From positions 45,712 through 109,711 of the forward strand of contig CAVVCR010000002.1 in NCBI GenBank assembly GCA_963746795.1: DNA of 64,000 nt, in the 5' to 3' direction. The notes beneath the pieces were generated by a model that ran no database searches, was not told where the DNA came from, and was given only the letters and a program-made list of their open reading frames with translations. The first letter of the stretch is position 1. Each line of letters begins with the position of its first letter. This DNA is from an uncultured Solirubrobacteraceae bacterium. Its GTDB lineage: Bacteria > Actinomycetota > Thermoleophilia > Solirubrobacterales > Solirubrobacteraceae. Both the position numbers and the translations under genes were made by a program. This document shows, piece by piece, positions 55,484 to 64,000 of the stretch.

Positions 55484-55724
55484 GGCGAACGTCAACTGCG
55501 GCTGGGTAGGGAGGCGTGGTGTCATGCTGCCGACACTCCACTTTCGCGTGGGGTTGGAAACTCGTGCATAGCGCCAGTTTCCAGACCCACTACTTTCCTG
55601 ACCGGCGAGAACTGCGACGAAACCGTGCAAATCGTTCCGGAACTCCGCACCGCGGCGCCGACTCGCCCGCGGGGCCGCCACGGCACTTCAGACCCTCTCT
55701 CAATGCCGCAGTTGACGTTCCCGG
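55484..55724. repeat. copy 2 of the dispersed inverted-repeat element (same family as 8582-8859)
   Basis: The left terminus is ggcgaacgtcaactgcggctgggtagggagg (55484-55514). The reverse complement of the right terminus is gccgggaacgtcaactgcggcattgagagag. The core of about 190 bp is less GC-rich and contains the hairpin GGAAACT-N13-AGTTTCC at 55556-55582. Confidence 0.7.
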
Positions 55725-55920
55725 CAAGCGCTAAGACCGCAGCCGACGTTCCCGCCAGGCGCCCCGACCGCAGCCGACGTTCCCCCCAAGCGCGAAGACC
55801 GCAGGTGACGTTCCCGCCAAGCGCCAAGACCGCAGCCGACGTTCCCGCCAAGCGCGAAGACCGCAGCCGACGTTCCCGCCAAGCGCGAGGACCACAGCCG
55901 ACGTTCCCGCCAAGCCGCTA
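55704..55920. repeat. tandem array, 31-bp unit GACCGCAGCCGACGTTCCCGCCAAGCGCGAA, 7 copies
   Basis: Units start at 55704, 55735, 55766, 55797, 55828, 55859 and 55890. The unit is an inverted relative of the element terminus (GGGAACGTCGGCTGCGG). There are no unique spacers. The last unit overlaps the xerD stop codon. Confidence 0.85.
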
Positions 55921-56856
55921 CGGCCCGCGGTGAGCCCGCGGGTGCGCCTGGTGGTAGACGTCCTTCAGACGCTCGGCGGAGAGGTGGGTGTAGACCTGCG
56001 TGGTGGCGATGTCGGCGTGGCCGAGCATCTCCTGCAGGGAGCGGAGGTCGCAGCCGCCCGCCAGGAGGTGGGTGGCGAAGGTGTGGCGGAGCGTGTGGGG
56101 GCTCATCTTGCCGTCGAGCCCGGCCGCGCGCGCGTGGCGCTGGACGATCTTGTACAGCCCCTGGCGGGTGAGCCGGGCGCCGCGGTGGTTTACGAACAGG
56201 GCGGCCTCGAGCCGATCGCCGACGAGCCGCGGCCGCCCGCGGCCGACGTAGGCGACGAGCGCGCGCGAGGCGGCCGCGCCGATCGGGACGAGCCGCTCCT
56301 TGGAGCCCTTGCCCCGTGCGCGCAGGATCCCGGCCTCGAGGTCGACATCACCCAGCTCGAGCCCGATCGCCTCCGAGGCGCGCAGCCCGCACGCGTACAT
56401 GAGCTCGAGCAGCGCGCGGTCGCGCAAGGCGGGCGGCTTGGTCCCGCGCGGGGTTTCGAGCAGCTTGCCCACCTCGTCGCGGCTGAGCACCTGCGGCAGC
56501 CGGCGGCTCTGCTTGGGGGCGCGCAGGTGGACGGTCGGGTCGTCGGTGATCACGTCCTGGCGGCGCAGGTGCCGGTAGAACGAGCGCAGGCACGCGACCT
56601 TGCGCTGCAGGGTGGCGGGTGAGGCCGGCGGCCGGTCCTCTCCCCCGGCCGCGAGGTCGGCCACGAAGTCGGCGAGGTCGCTGTGGCGAGCGACGAGCGC
56701 GTCCGTCTGCGTACGCCGCAGGTGGGCGCCGAGCTGCTGCAGGTCGGAGCGGTAGGCCTCGAGCGTGTTGCGGGAGAGGCCTCGCTCGAACTCCAGGTAG
56801 GCCAGGAAGTCGAGCAGCAGGTGCTCGAACGGCTGCGTCGGAATCGCGATCGCCAT
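55918..56856 (-). CDS. xerD: site-specific tyrosine recombinase XerD
   Basis: 312 aa starting at MAIAIPTQPFEHLLLDFLAYLEFERGLSRNTLEAYRSDL. The C-terminal catalytic residues are in RASE...HTLRHTFATHLL...LGHADIATTQVYTH. Its position after pyrG-NUDIX matches actinobacterial xerD synteny. Confidence 0.85.
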   Translation of the reverse strand: MAIAIPTQPFEHLLLDFLAYLEFERGLSRNTLEAYRSDLQQLGAHLRRTQTDALVARHSDLADFVADLAAGGEDRPPASPATLQRKVACLRSFYRHLRRQDVITDDPTVHLRAPKQSRRLPQVLSRDEVGKLLETPRGTKPPALRDRALLELMYACGLRASEAIGLELGDVDLEAGILRARGKGSKERLVPIGAAASRALVAYVGRGRPRLVGDRLEAALFVNHRGARLTRQGLYKIVQRHARAAGLDGKMSPHTLRHTFATHLLAGGCDLRSLQEMLGHADIATTQVYTHLSAERLKDVYHQAHPRAHRGP

Positions 56857-56983
56857 GGACGTGACTCCTTCGCCGCGCCGCACGCGGACCGCCCTGCGGG
56901 TGCAACGAGGCTGTCAGCGCGCCGGACCGCACGGCGCGCGGGAACAGCGAGGCAGTCAGTCGCGCGCGGCCTGCCGGGCTGTG

Positions 56984-57526
56984 TCAGCGCTCGCCGAGCC
57001 GGTCGCGCAGGCGGTAGAGGCCGATCAGGGTCTTCGAGTCGGTCGTCTCGGCGAGGATCGCGTCGAGCTCGGCGAGGGGACGGGACTCGGCGTCGATGCG
57101 CTCGTCCTCCTCGACCTTGGGGCGCTCGTCGAGGTCCGAGATGCCGGTGGCGAGGAAGAGGTGCACCTCCTCGTCGGTGAAGCCGGGCGACGTGTGGAAC
57201 GAGCCGAGCGGCTCCCAGTCCGACGCCTGCTTGCCGAGCTCCTCGGCAAGCTCACGCTTTGCCGTCTCGAGCGGCGACTCGCCTTCCTCGTCGAGCTTGC
57301 CGGCGGGCAGCTCGAGCAGGTTCGGGACGCCGATCGCCTCGCGGGGCTGGCGCACGAACCACAGCCGGTCGCCGTCGAGCACGACCGCCGCGGCAGCGCC
57401 GGGGTGGGTGGCGATCTCGCGCTCGACCTCACCGCCGTCCTCGTGGCGGAAGGTCGCGCGGACGACGGTGAAGAAGGCGCCCTCGTAGACGGTGTCCGTC
57501 CGGATCCTCTCGAAGCGGGAGCTCAT
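56984..57526 (-). CDS. NUDIX hydrolase (ADP-ribose pyrophosphatase-like)
   Basis: 180 aa with the Nudix box GKLDEEGESPLETAKRELAEELG. Confidence 0.85.
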   Translation of the reverse strand: MSSRFERIRTDTVYEGAFFTVVRATFRHEDGGEVEREIATHPGAAAAVVLDGDRLWFVRQPREAIGVPNLLELPAGKLDEEGESPLETAKRELAEELGKQASDWEPLGSFHTSPGFTDEEVHLFLATGISDLDERPKVEEDERIDAESRPLAELDAILAETTDSKTLIGLYRLRDRLGER

Positions 57527-57527
57527 G

Positions 57528-58646
57528 TCAGACCGCGGCGGCCTCGTCGAGCAGCGCCAGCGCAACGTCGAGCATCCCCTCGAGCGCGGGCACCGAAACG
57601 CGCTCGGTCGGCTCGTGATTCCGCTCGGTCCCGTTCGCGAGGTTGAGGCACGGGAAGCCCGCCGCCTGGAGCGCATTGGCGTCCGACCCGCCGCCGGTCA
57701 GGATGCGCTTCGGCGCGTAGCCACAGGTCCGCAGGGCGCCCTCGGCCGCCGCCAGCTCGGGCGCGCCAGGGCGGACCCGGAAGCCGGTGAACAGCTTCTC
57801 GGAGATGACGTCGACGTCGCACTCCGCCTGCGCGGCGCCGTCGTGCAGCGCGTCGACCATCCCCGCGACCACGTGCTCGACGCGCGCGGGGTCCAGCGAG
57901 CGCGCCTCGGCCAGCACGCGGCAGCGTTCGGCCACGACGTTGGTGGAGCCCACCCCGCCCCGGACCGAGCCGACGTTGGCGGTCGTCTGGTCGTCGATAC
58001 GGCCGAGCGGCATGGCGGCGATCGCGAGCGCCGCCGCCAGCACCGCGCTTCGCCCGTCCTCGGGCCGGATGCCGGCGTGAGCGGCCTTGCCGAGGAAGCT
58101 GGCCTCGAGCCGGAAGTACGTGGGCGACGCCACCACGATCTCCCCGATCGGCGTCGCGTGATCGAACACGTAGCCGAACTCGGAGGTCAGCCGCGAGACG
58201 TCGAACGCCTTGGCGCCGGCCAGAGCGTCCTCCTCGGAGACGGTGAACAGCAGCTCGAGCCCGACCGGCGAGCCTTCGACCGACACGCGGCGGGCGACCT
58301 CGAGCATGACGGCCAGTGCGGCCTTGTTGTCGGCGCCCAGGATCCCGTCGTGCGCGTTCTCCCAGCCGCCGTCGACGAGCACGGGGTCGATCGGCGCCTC
58401 GGTCTCGACCGTGTCCAGGTGCGCGCACAGGAGCACCGAGCGATCCGACCGGGCGGGTGAGCTGGGTGGAATCCGGGCCAGCAGGTTGCCCGTCGCGTCC
58501 TCGTCGGCGGCGATGCCCATGCCGCGCAGCTCGGCGAGCACGCGGTCCGCGCACTGGCGCTCGTGCCCGAACGGGCTCGGGATGCGGCAGAGCGCGACGA
58601 ACAGGTCGGCGAGCCGGGCCTTCTCGGCCTCGGACGCCGGCCTCAC
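57528..58646 (-). CDS. M20/M25/M40 family metallopeptidase (PepT-like)
   Basis: 372 aa. It has LLCAHLDTVE, GADNKAALAVMLE, FTVSEEDALAG and GGSDAN. Confidence 0.8.
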   Translation of the reverse strand: MRPASEAEKARLADLFVALCRIPSPFGHERQCADRVLAELRGMGIAADEDATGNLLARIPPSSPARSDRSVLLCAHLDTVETEAPIDPVLVDGGWENAHDGILGADNKAALAVMLEVARRVSVEGSPVGLELLFTVSEEDALAGAKAFDVSRLTSEFGYVFDHATPIGEIVVASPTYFRLEASFLGKAAHAGIRPEDGRSAVLAAALAIAAMPLGRIDDQTTANVGSVRGGVGSTNVVAERCRVLAEARSLDPARVEHVVAGMVDALHDGAAQAECDVDVISEKLFTGFRVRPGAPELAAAEGALRTCGYAPKRILTGGGSDANALQAAGFPCLNLANGTERNHEPTERVSVPALEGMLDVALALLDEAAAV

Positions 58647-58703
58647 GGCGCGTCCAGCCTCGCGGGTGCCGGGCTCACGGCACTTCCAGCCTCGCGGCTG
58701 GCC

Positions 58704-60401
<1,698 letters not shown>

Positions 60402-60473
60402 CTAGATGCCGTACCGGCGGGTGAGCGCGTGTGCGCGTGCCGCCGAGGCGGCGTGCCGGAGGATCAGTTCGCA

Positions 60474-62195
60474 TCATGCGGCCTTCAGCAGCTCGCGGGC
60501 GTGGCGGCGAGCGGCGGCGTCGCCGTCCTCGGCCCCCAGCATGCGCACGAGCTCGCCCACGACGGCGCCCTTCTCGAGGCGCGTGACGGTGGTGCTCGCC
60601 GTCGCGCCCGACGTGTCCTTGACGATCGTGAAGTGCCGGTCGGCGAGCGAGGCGATCTGCGGCAGGTGCGTGATGCAGATGACCTGTCGGCCCCCGGCGA
60701 GCCCGCGCAGCTGCTCGCCGACGGCGCGCGCGGTTTGGCCGCCGATGCCGGCGTCCACCTCGTCGAAGACCAGCGTCGCCGGCCCGACCTGGGCCGCCAC
60801 GCCCATCAGCGCGAGCATCACGCGCGAGAGCTCGCCGCCGGACGCGGTCTCCCGCAACGGCCCGGCAGGCACCCCCGGGTTGGGCGCGATGAGGAACTCC
60901 ACGTCGTCGCCCCCGGCCGGCCCGTAGCCGTCCCGCGGCTTCAACCGCGCCTCGAACGTCGCGCCGTCCATGGCGAGTGCCGCCAGGCGCTCGCGCACCG
61001 CGCCGGCGAGCCCGTCGGCGGCCACCGCGCGGGCCTCGTGCAGCGCCTCCGCCTGCGACGCGAGCGCGGCGCGCGACTCGGCCAGCCGCGCCTCGCCGGC
61101 CTCGAGCGCCTCCTCGGCGCCCGCCAGCTCGGCGCGCCGGCGGCGGCACTCCGCCCCGTGGGCGAGGACGGCCTCGATCGCCCCGCCGTGCTTGCGCTTG
61201 AGGCGGTCGAACAGCGCGAGGCGCTCCTCGACCTCGTCGAGCCGGCCGGGCGGCGCGTCGACCGCCTCGCCGTAGCGGCGCAGCTCGCCGGCCAGGTCGT
61301 CGGCCTCCACGACGAGCGCCCGCGCGCGCTCGGCGAGCGCGTCGAGCGCGGCGTCGACTCCGGCGGCCGACTCGAGCGCGGCCACCGCAGCCGCCAGCGC
61401 TTCGACTGCGGCGCCCGGTGGTCCGCCGTCGAAGTCCGACGCTCCGGGTCCGCCGTAGCCGGACCCGTCGTAGCCCAGCGCGCCGTCGCCGGCCAGTGCG
61501 GCGGCGCCGCCGGCGGCGGCGCCCAGCAGCGCCGCGAGGTGGCGCAGGCGCTCGCGCTCGGCGAGCAGCGACGCCTCCTCCTCGACGCCGGGGTCCGCGC
61601 GGTCGATCTCCTCGAGCTCCCAGTCCAGGAGGTCGAGCTCGCGGTCGCGCGCTCCGGCGCGGGCGCGCAGCGCCTCGAGCTCATCACGCAGCCCGCGCTC
61701 GCCCGCGTAGGCCGCCGCGAACGCCTCCCGACGCGCCGCCTGCTCGGGCCCGCAGAAGCCGTCCAGGATCTCGAGCTGGGCCGACGCCAGCGTCAGCCGG
61801 CGGTGCTCGTGCTGTCCGTAGAACGAGAGCAGGGCGCCGCCGATCTCGGCGAGGTCGCCCGCGGTCGCGCTGCGGCCGCCGAGGTACGCACGCGTGCGGC
61901 CCTCAGCGCTCACCCGACGGGCCAGCACCAGCTCGTCGGCATCCTCGGGCAGGCGGTCCGCCAAGGCGGACCGCAGCGCCGCGGGCAGGGCGAACACCCC
62001 CTCCACATAGGCCTCGCCGGCGCCGGGGCGCACGATCCCGGACCGCGGCTTGCCGCCCAGCAGCAGGTCGAGCGCATGGGCGAGCACGGTCTTGCCCGCC
62101 CCCGTCTCCCCCGTGAGGACGTTCAATCCGGGCGCCAGGCTCAGCTCGGCTCGCTCGATCAGAAGGAGGTTCTCGACGCGCAGCTCGTGAAGCAC
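60474..62195 (-). CDS. recN: DNA repair protein RecN
   Basis: 573 aa from GTG 62195 (VLHELRVENLLLIERAEL). Walker A is GETGAGKT. A long coiled coil follows. The C-terminal motifs are SGGELSRVMLAL and LVFDEVDAGIGG. The upstream extension in the track ORF was rejected. Confidence 0.9.
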   Translation of the reverse strand: MLHELRVENLLLIERAELSLAPGLNVLTGETGAGKTVLAHALDLLLGGKPRSGIVRPGAGEAYVEGVFALPAALRSALADRLPEDADELVLARRVSAEGRTRAYLGGRSATAGDLAEIGGALLSFYGQHEHRRLTLASAQLEILDGFCGPEQAARREAFAAAYAGERGLRDELEALRARAGARDRELDLLDWELEEIDRADPGVEEEASLLAERERLRHLAALLGAAAGGAAALAGDGALGYDGSGYGGPGASDFDGGPPGAAVEALAAAVAALESAAGVDAALDALAERARALVVEADDLAGELRRYGEAVDAPPGRLDEVEERLALFDRLKRKHGGAIEAVLAHGAECRRRRAELAGAEEALEAGEARLAESRAALASQAEALHEARAVAADGLAGAVRERLAALAMDGATFEARLKPRDGYGPAGGDDVEFLIAPNPGVPAGPLRETASGGELSRVMLALMGVAAQVGPATLVFDEVDAGIGGQTARAVGEQLRGLAGGRQVICITHLPQIASLADRHFTIVKDTSGATASTTVTRLEKGAVVGELVRMLGAEDGDAAARRHARELLKAA

Positions 62196-62381
62196 GCCCG
62201 AGGGTCTATCAGCGGGACCCGACGGAGCCGCCCCGATTCGGCCCACGCCGCCGAATTCGGCACGGAGTTGGAACGGATCCGTGACGATTCGCGGGCGCGG
62301 CACCAACGATTCGGGCGCGGGCACGAACGAAGCGGGCTCGATGAGCGGGCGCGGCACGACGTTTCGGACCAGGCGGGCCGA

Positions 62382-63230
62382 TCAGCGAGCGAGGCGGCCG
62401 AAGCGCTCGCGCAGGCGGTGGTAGAAGCTCGCGCCCGGGAGCTGGGCGAGCGTCCCGTGGCTCCGGGCGAACTCCACGTGCAGGTCCTCGCCGGGCGGCA
62501 GCTCGCAGCTCGGGCGCCCGTCCACATGGACCTCGACCGGCTCCTCGCGCGATGCGTTGTTGATCGTCAGCAGGTCATCCGGCGCGATCACCAGGGACCG
62601 GGCCGTGAGCGAGTGGGGCGCCACGAAGGACACGACGTACCCCTTCACGCCCCACGCCATCACCGGGCCCCCGTTGGCCAGGTTGTAGCCCGTCGAGCCC
62701 TGAGGCGTCGCGACCACCAGCCCGTCGCACCGGACGCGGCCGATCTCCTCGCCGGCCAGGCCGTAGGCGAGATCGGCCACCCGGTGACCGGGCTTCCGAT
62801 GGACGGAGATGTCGTTGACCGCGGTCCAGGTTCCCTCGGGACGGCCGACGGCGATCGTGGGCAGCTGGAGGACCTCGAAGTCACCCGCGAAGGCGCGATC
62901 GAAGTGCGCCGGGAGGCCGTCCGGATCGACGGTGGCGAGAAACCCGACCTCGCCGAAGTTGACCGCGAACACCGGGACGCCGGTGCCCGTGAACACGCGC
63001 AAGGCCGTCAGGATCGTGCCGTCTCCGCCCATCACCAGGCAGAGGTCCACGTCATCGCGGCGGTCGGAGTTCAGCTCGATCCCCTCCGCCGGCTCGAGGT
63101 CGTGCTTGCGGGTCTCGTCCGCGTCGAAGCGCAGCAGGACGCCGGCGCGCCGCGCCGCCGCGATCAGCTCGCGGAGCGCGCCCGCGGTGTCGGAGACCCG
63201 GCGGTGGGTGAGCACGGTGGCCGCTCTCAC
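62382..63230 (-). CDS. nadK: NAD kinase
   Basis: 282 aa with a GTG start that overlaps the tlyA stop (GTGA). It has GGDGT, NFGEVGFL and ATPQGSTGYNLANGGP. Confidence 0.9.
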   Translation of the reverse strand: MRAATVLTHRRVSDTAGALRELIAAARRAGVLLRFDADETRKHDLEPAEGIELNSDRRDDVDLCLVMGGDGTILTALRVFTGTGVPVFAVNFGEVGFLATVDPDGLPAHFDRAFAGDFEVLQLPTIAVGRPEGTWTAVNDISVHRKPGHRVADLAYGLAGEEIGRVRCDGLVVATPQGSTGYNLANGGPVMAWGVKGYVVSFVAPHSLTARSLVIAPDDLLTINNASREEPVEVHVDGRPSCELPPGEDLHVEFARSHGTLAQLPGASFYHRLRERFGRLAR

Positions 63231-64000
63231 ACGTCCACCTCGGCGATCGCGGCGTCGACGTCGGCCACGGCGCGTTCGCGGCCGGGCTCGCCCAGCCACA
63301 CGAACGTCTCGCGGTTGCCCGCCGGGCCGGGCAGGCCGGAGGGAGCAAAGCCCAGCACGGCGGCCGGCGCCGCCGCGCGAGCGACCGCCGCGATCGCGTC
63401 CCGGCGCAGCCCTGGGTCTCGCACCACGCCGCCCTTCCCCACCAGTCCTCGCCCGACCTCGAACTGCGGCTTGACCATCGCCAGGCAGTCGAACCGCTCC
63501 GCCGCGCACGCCAGCACCGCGGGGAGCACCTTCGCCAGCGAGATGAACGACACGTCGACGAGCACGAGGTCGGGGGCGAACGGCAGCTGCGACGGCTCCA
63601 GCGCGCGCGCGTTGACCCGCTCGACCACGGTCACCCGCTCGTCGCCGCGCAACCGCCAGTCGAGCTCCCCGTAGGCGACGTCGAGCGCGACCACGTGCCC
63701 GGCGCCGCGTTGCAGCAGGCAGTCGGTGAATCCGCCGGTCGAGGCGCCGACGTCGAGCGCCAGGCATCCCGAGACGTCGATCCCCAGCGCGTCGAGCGCG
63801 TTGGCGAGCTTGACGCCGCCGCGGGAGACGAACGGCGCGGGCGCCTCGACGTCGAGCTCCACGTCGGCGGCCACGAGCTGGCCGGGCTTGGCGGCGCGGG
63901 AGCGGCCGGGACCCACGTGGACCTGCCCGGCGATCACGGCGGCGGCCGCCCGCGAGCGGGACGCGAAGAGCCCACGCTCCGCCAGCAGGCTGTCGAGGCG
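63227..64000 (-). CDS. tlyA: TlyA family rRNA (cytidine-2'-O)-methyltransferase (the N-terminus lies beyond the window)
   Basis: It has an S4-like start (LDSLLAERGLFASRSRAAAAV), FVSRGGVKL, the SAM motif LDVGASTGGFTD and VKPQFE. The frame is open to the window end. Confidence 0.85.
   Translation of the reverse strand, partial: RLDSLLAERGLFASRSRAAAAVIAGQVHVGPGRSRAAKPGQLVAADVELDVEAPAPFVSRGGVKLANALDALGIDVSGCLALDVGASTGGFTDCLLQRGAGHVVALDVAYGELDWRLRGDERVTVVERVNARALEPSQLPFAPDLVLVDVSFISLAKVLPAVLACAAERFDCLAMVKPQFEVGRGLVGKGGVVRDPGLRRDAIAAVARAAAPAAVLGFAPSGLPGPAGNRETFVWLGEPGRERAVADVDAAIAEVDV

Noticed and set aside
55700-55913. Small repeat-encoded ORFs (MAGTSAAV...GGNVGCG...). Also the N-terminal extension of deoB through 55371-55541 (PGFAIGGD repeats).
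   Set aside because: The repeat units of 31 and 23 bp are not multiples of three, so the peptide repeats drift between frames. deoB has a good internal GTG start that matches the family N-terminus (VVIDACGAGELPD).
55704-55920. Possible CRISPR array (regular 31-bp repeats).
   Set aside because: The repeats are strictly head-to-tail with no unique spacers. No cas genes are in the window. It was classified as a tandem repeat.
55918-56856. The tyrosine recombinase as an integrase of a mobile element, given the adjacent repeats.
   Set aside because: The N-terminal SAM-like and catalytic-domain motifs, and the conserved pyrG-NUDIX-xerD synteny, fit chromosomal XerD. The adjacent element has no recognisable att structure related to the recombinase.
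60474-62357. The longer RecN start (627-aa track ORF beginning MPRPLIEPASF...).
   Set aside because: The extension is translated from the imperfect tandem repeats in the spacer and has no RecN-like sequence. The GTG at 62195 gives the canonical LHELRVENLLLI N-terminus 30 residues before Walker A.

Overview
This is a very GC-rich chromosomal segment, roughly 70% or more by eye. Gene order is Actinomycetota-type: dgt-dnaG-tRNA-Asn, and tlyA-nadK-recN ... pyrG-NUDIX-xerD. A Thermoleophilia/Solirubrobacterales-like origin is only a weak guess. I support about 65 protein genes, 2 tRNAs, 2 tRNA-fragment repeats, one riboswitch and one dispersed repeat family. Many long ORFs in the supplied track are antisense or off-frame shadow ORFs typical of high GC (R/A/P/G-rich) and are not reported. 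Housekeeping blocks are recO-ppdK-dgt-dnaG, grx, mutM, deoB, xerD, pyrG, recN, nadK, tlyA, greA, corA and an ATP-dependent DNA ligase. The main second-look items are these. (1) A c-di-GMP-I (GEMM-I) riboswitch lies in the leader of a four-gene SipW/TasA-like secreted-fibre operon. Both TasA-like genes in that operon carry single-base frameshifts in C/G runs. (2) A translationally coupled operon encodes a small anchored protein, an HTTM domain with a Cys-less DCC-like tail, and a secreted alpha/alpha-toroid-like domain fused to a MarC-like membrane domain. A presenilin-like intramembrane protease gene lies divergent to it. (3) A candidate operon runs EamA, GntR, Vps62/DUF946-like, 4-TM protein, tail-anchored coiled-coil protein. 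A second coiled-coil paralog lies 6 kb away. (4) Three direct copies of the 3' ~40 nt of tRNA-Met delimit two small integrase-less islets. (5) A repeat element with about 31-nt inverted termini occurs twice; one copy is flanked by 23-bp x4.5 and 31-bp x7 tandem arrays between xerD and deoB. (6) c-di-GMP components are dense (EAL, degenerate EAL-HDOD, PilZ, HD-GYP+REC, riboswitch) and no GGDEF gene is visible. All family calls come from motif recognition by eye. No searches were run.
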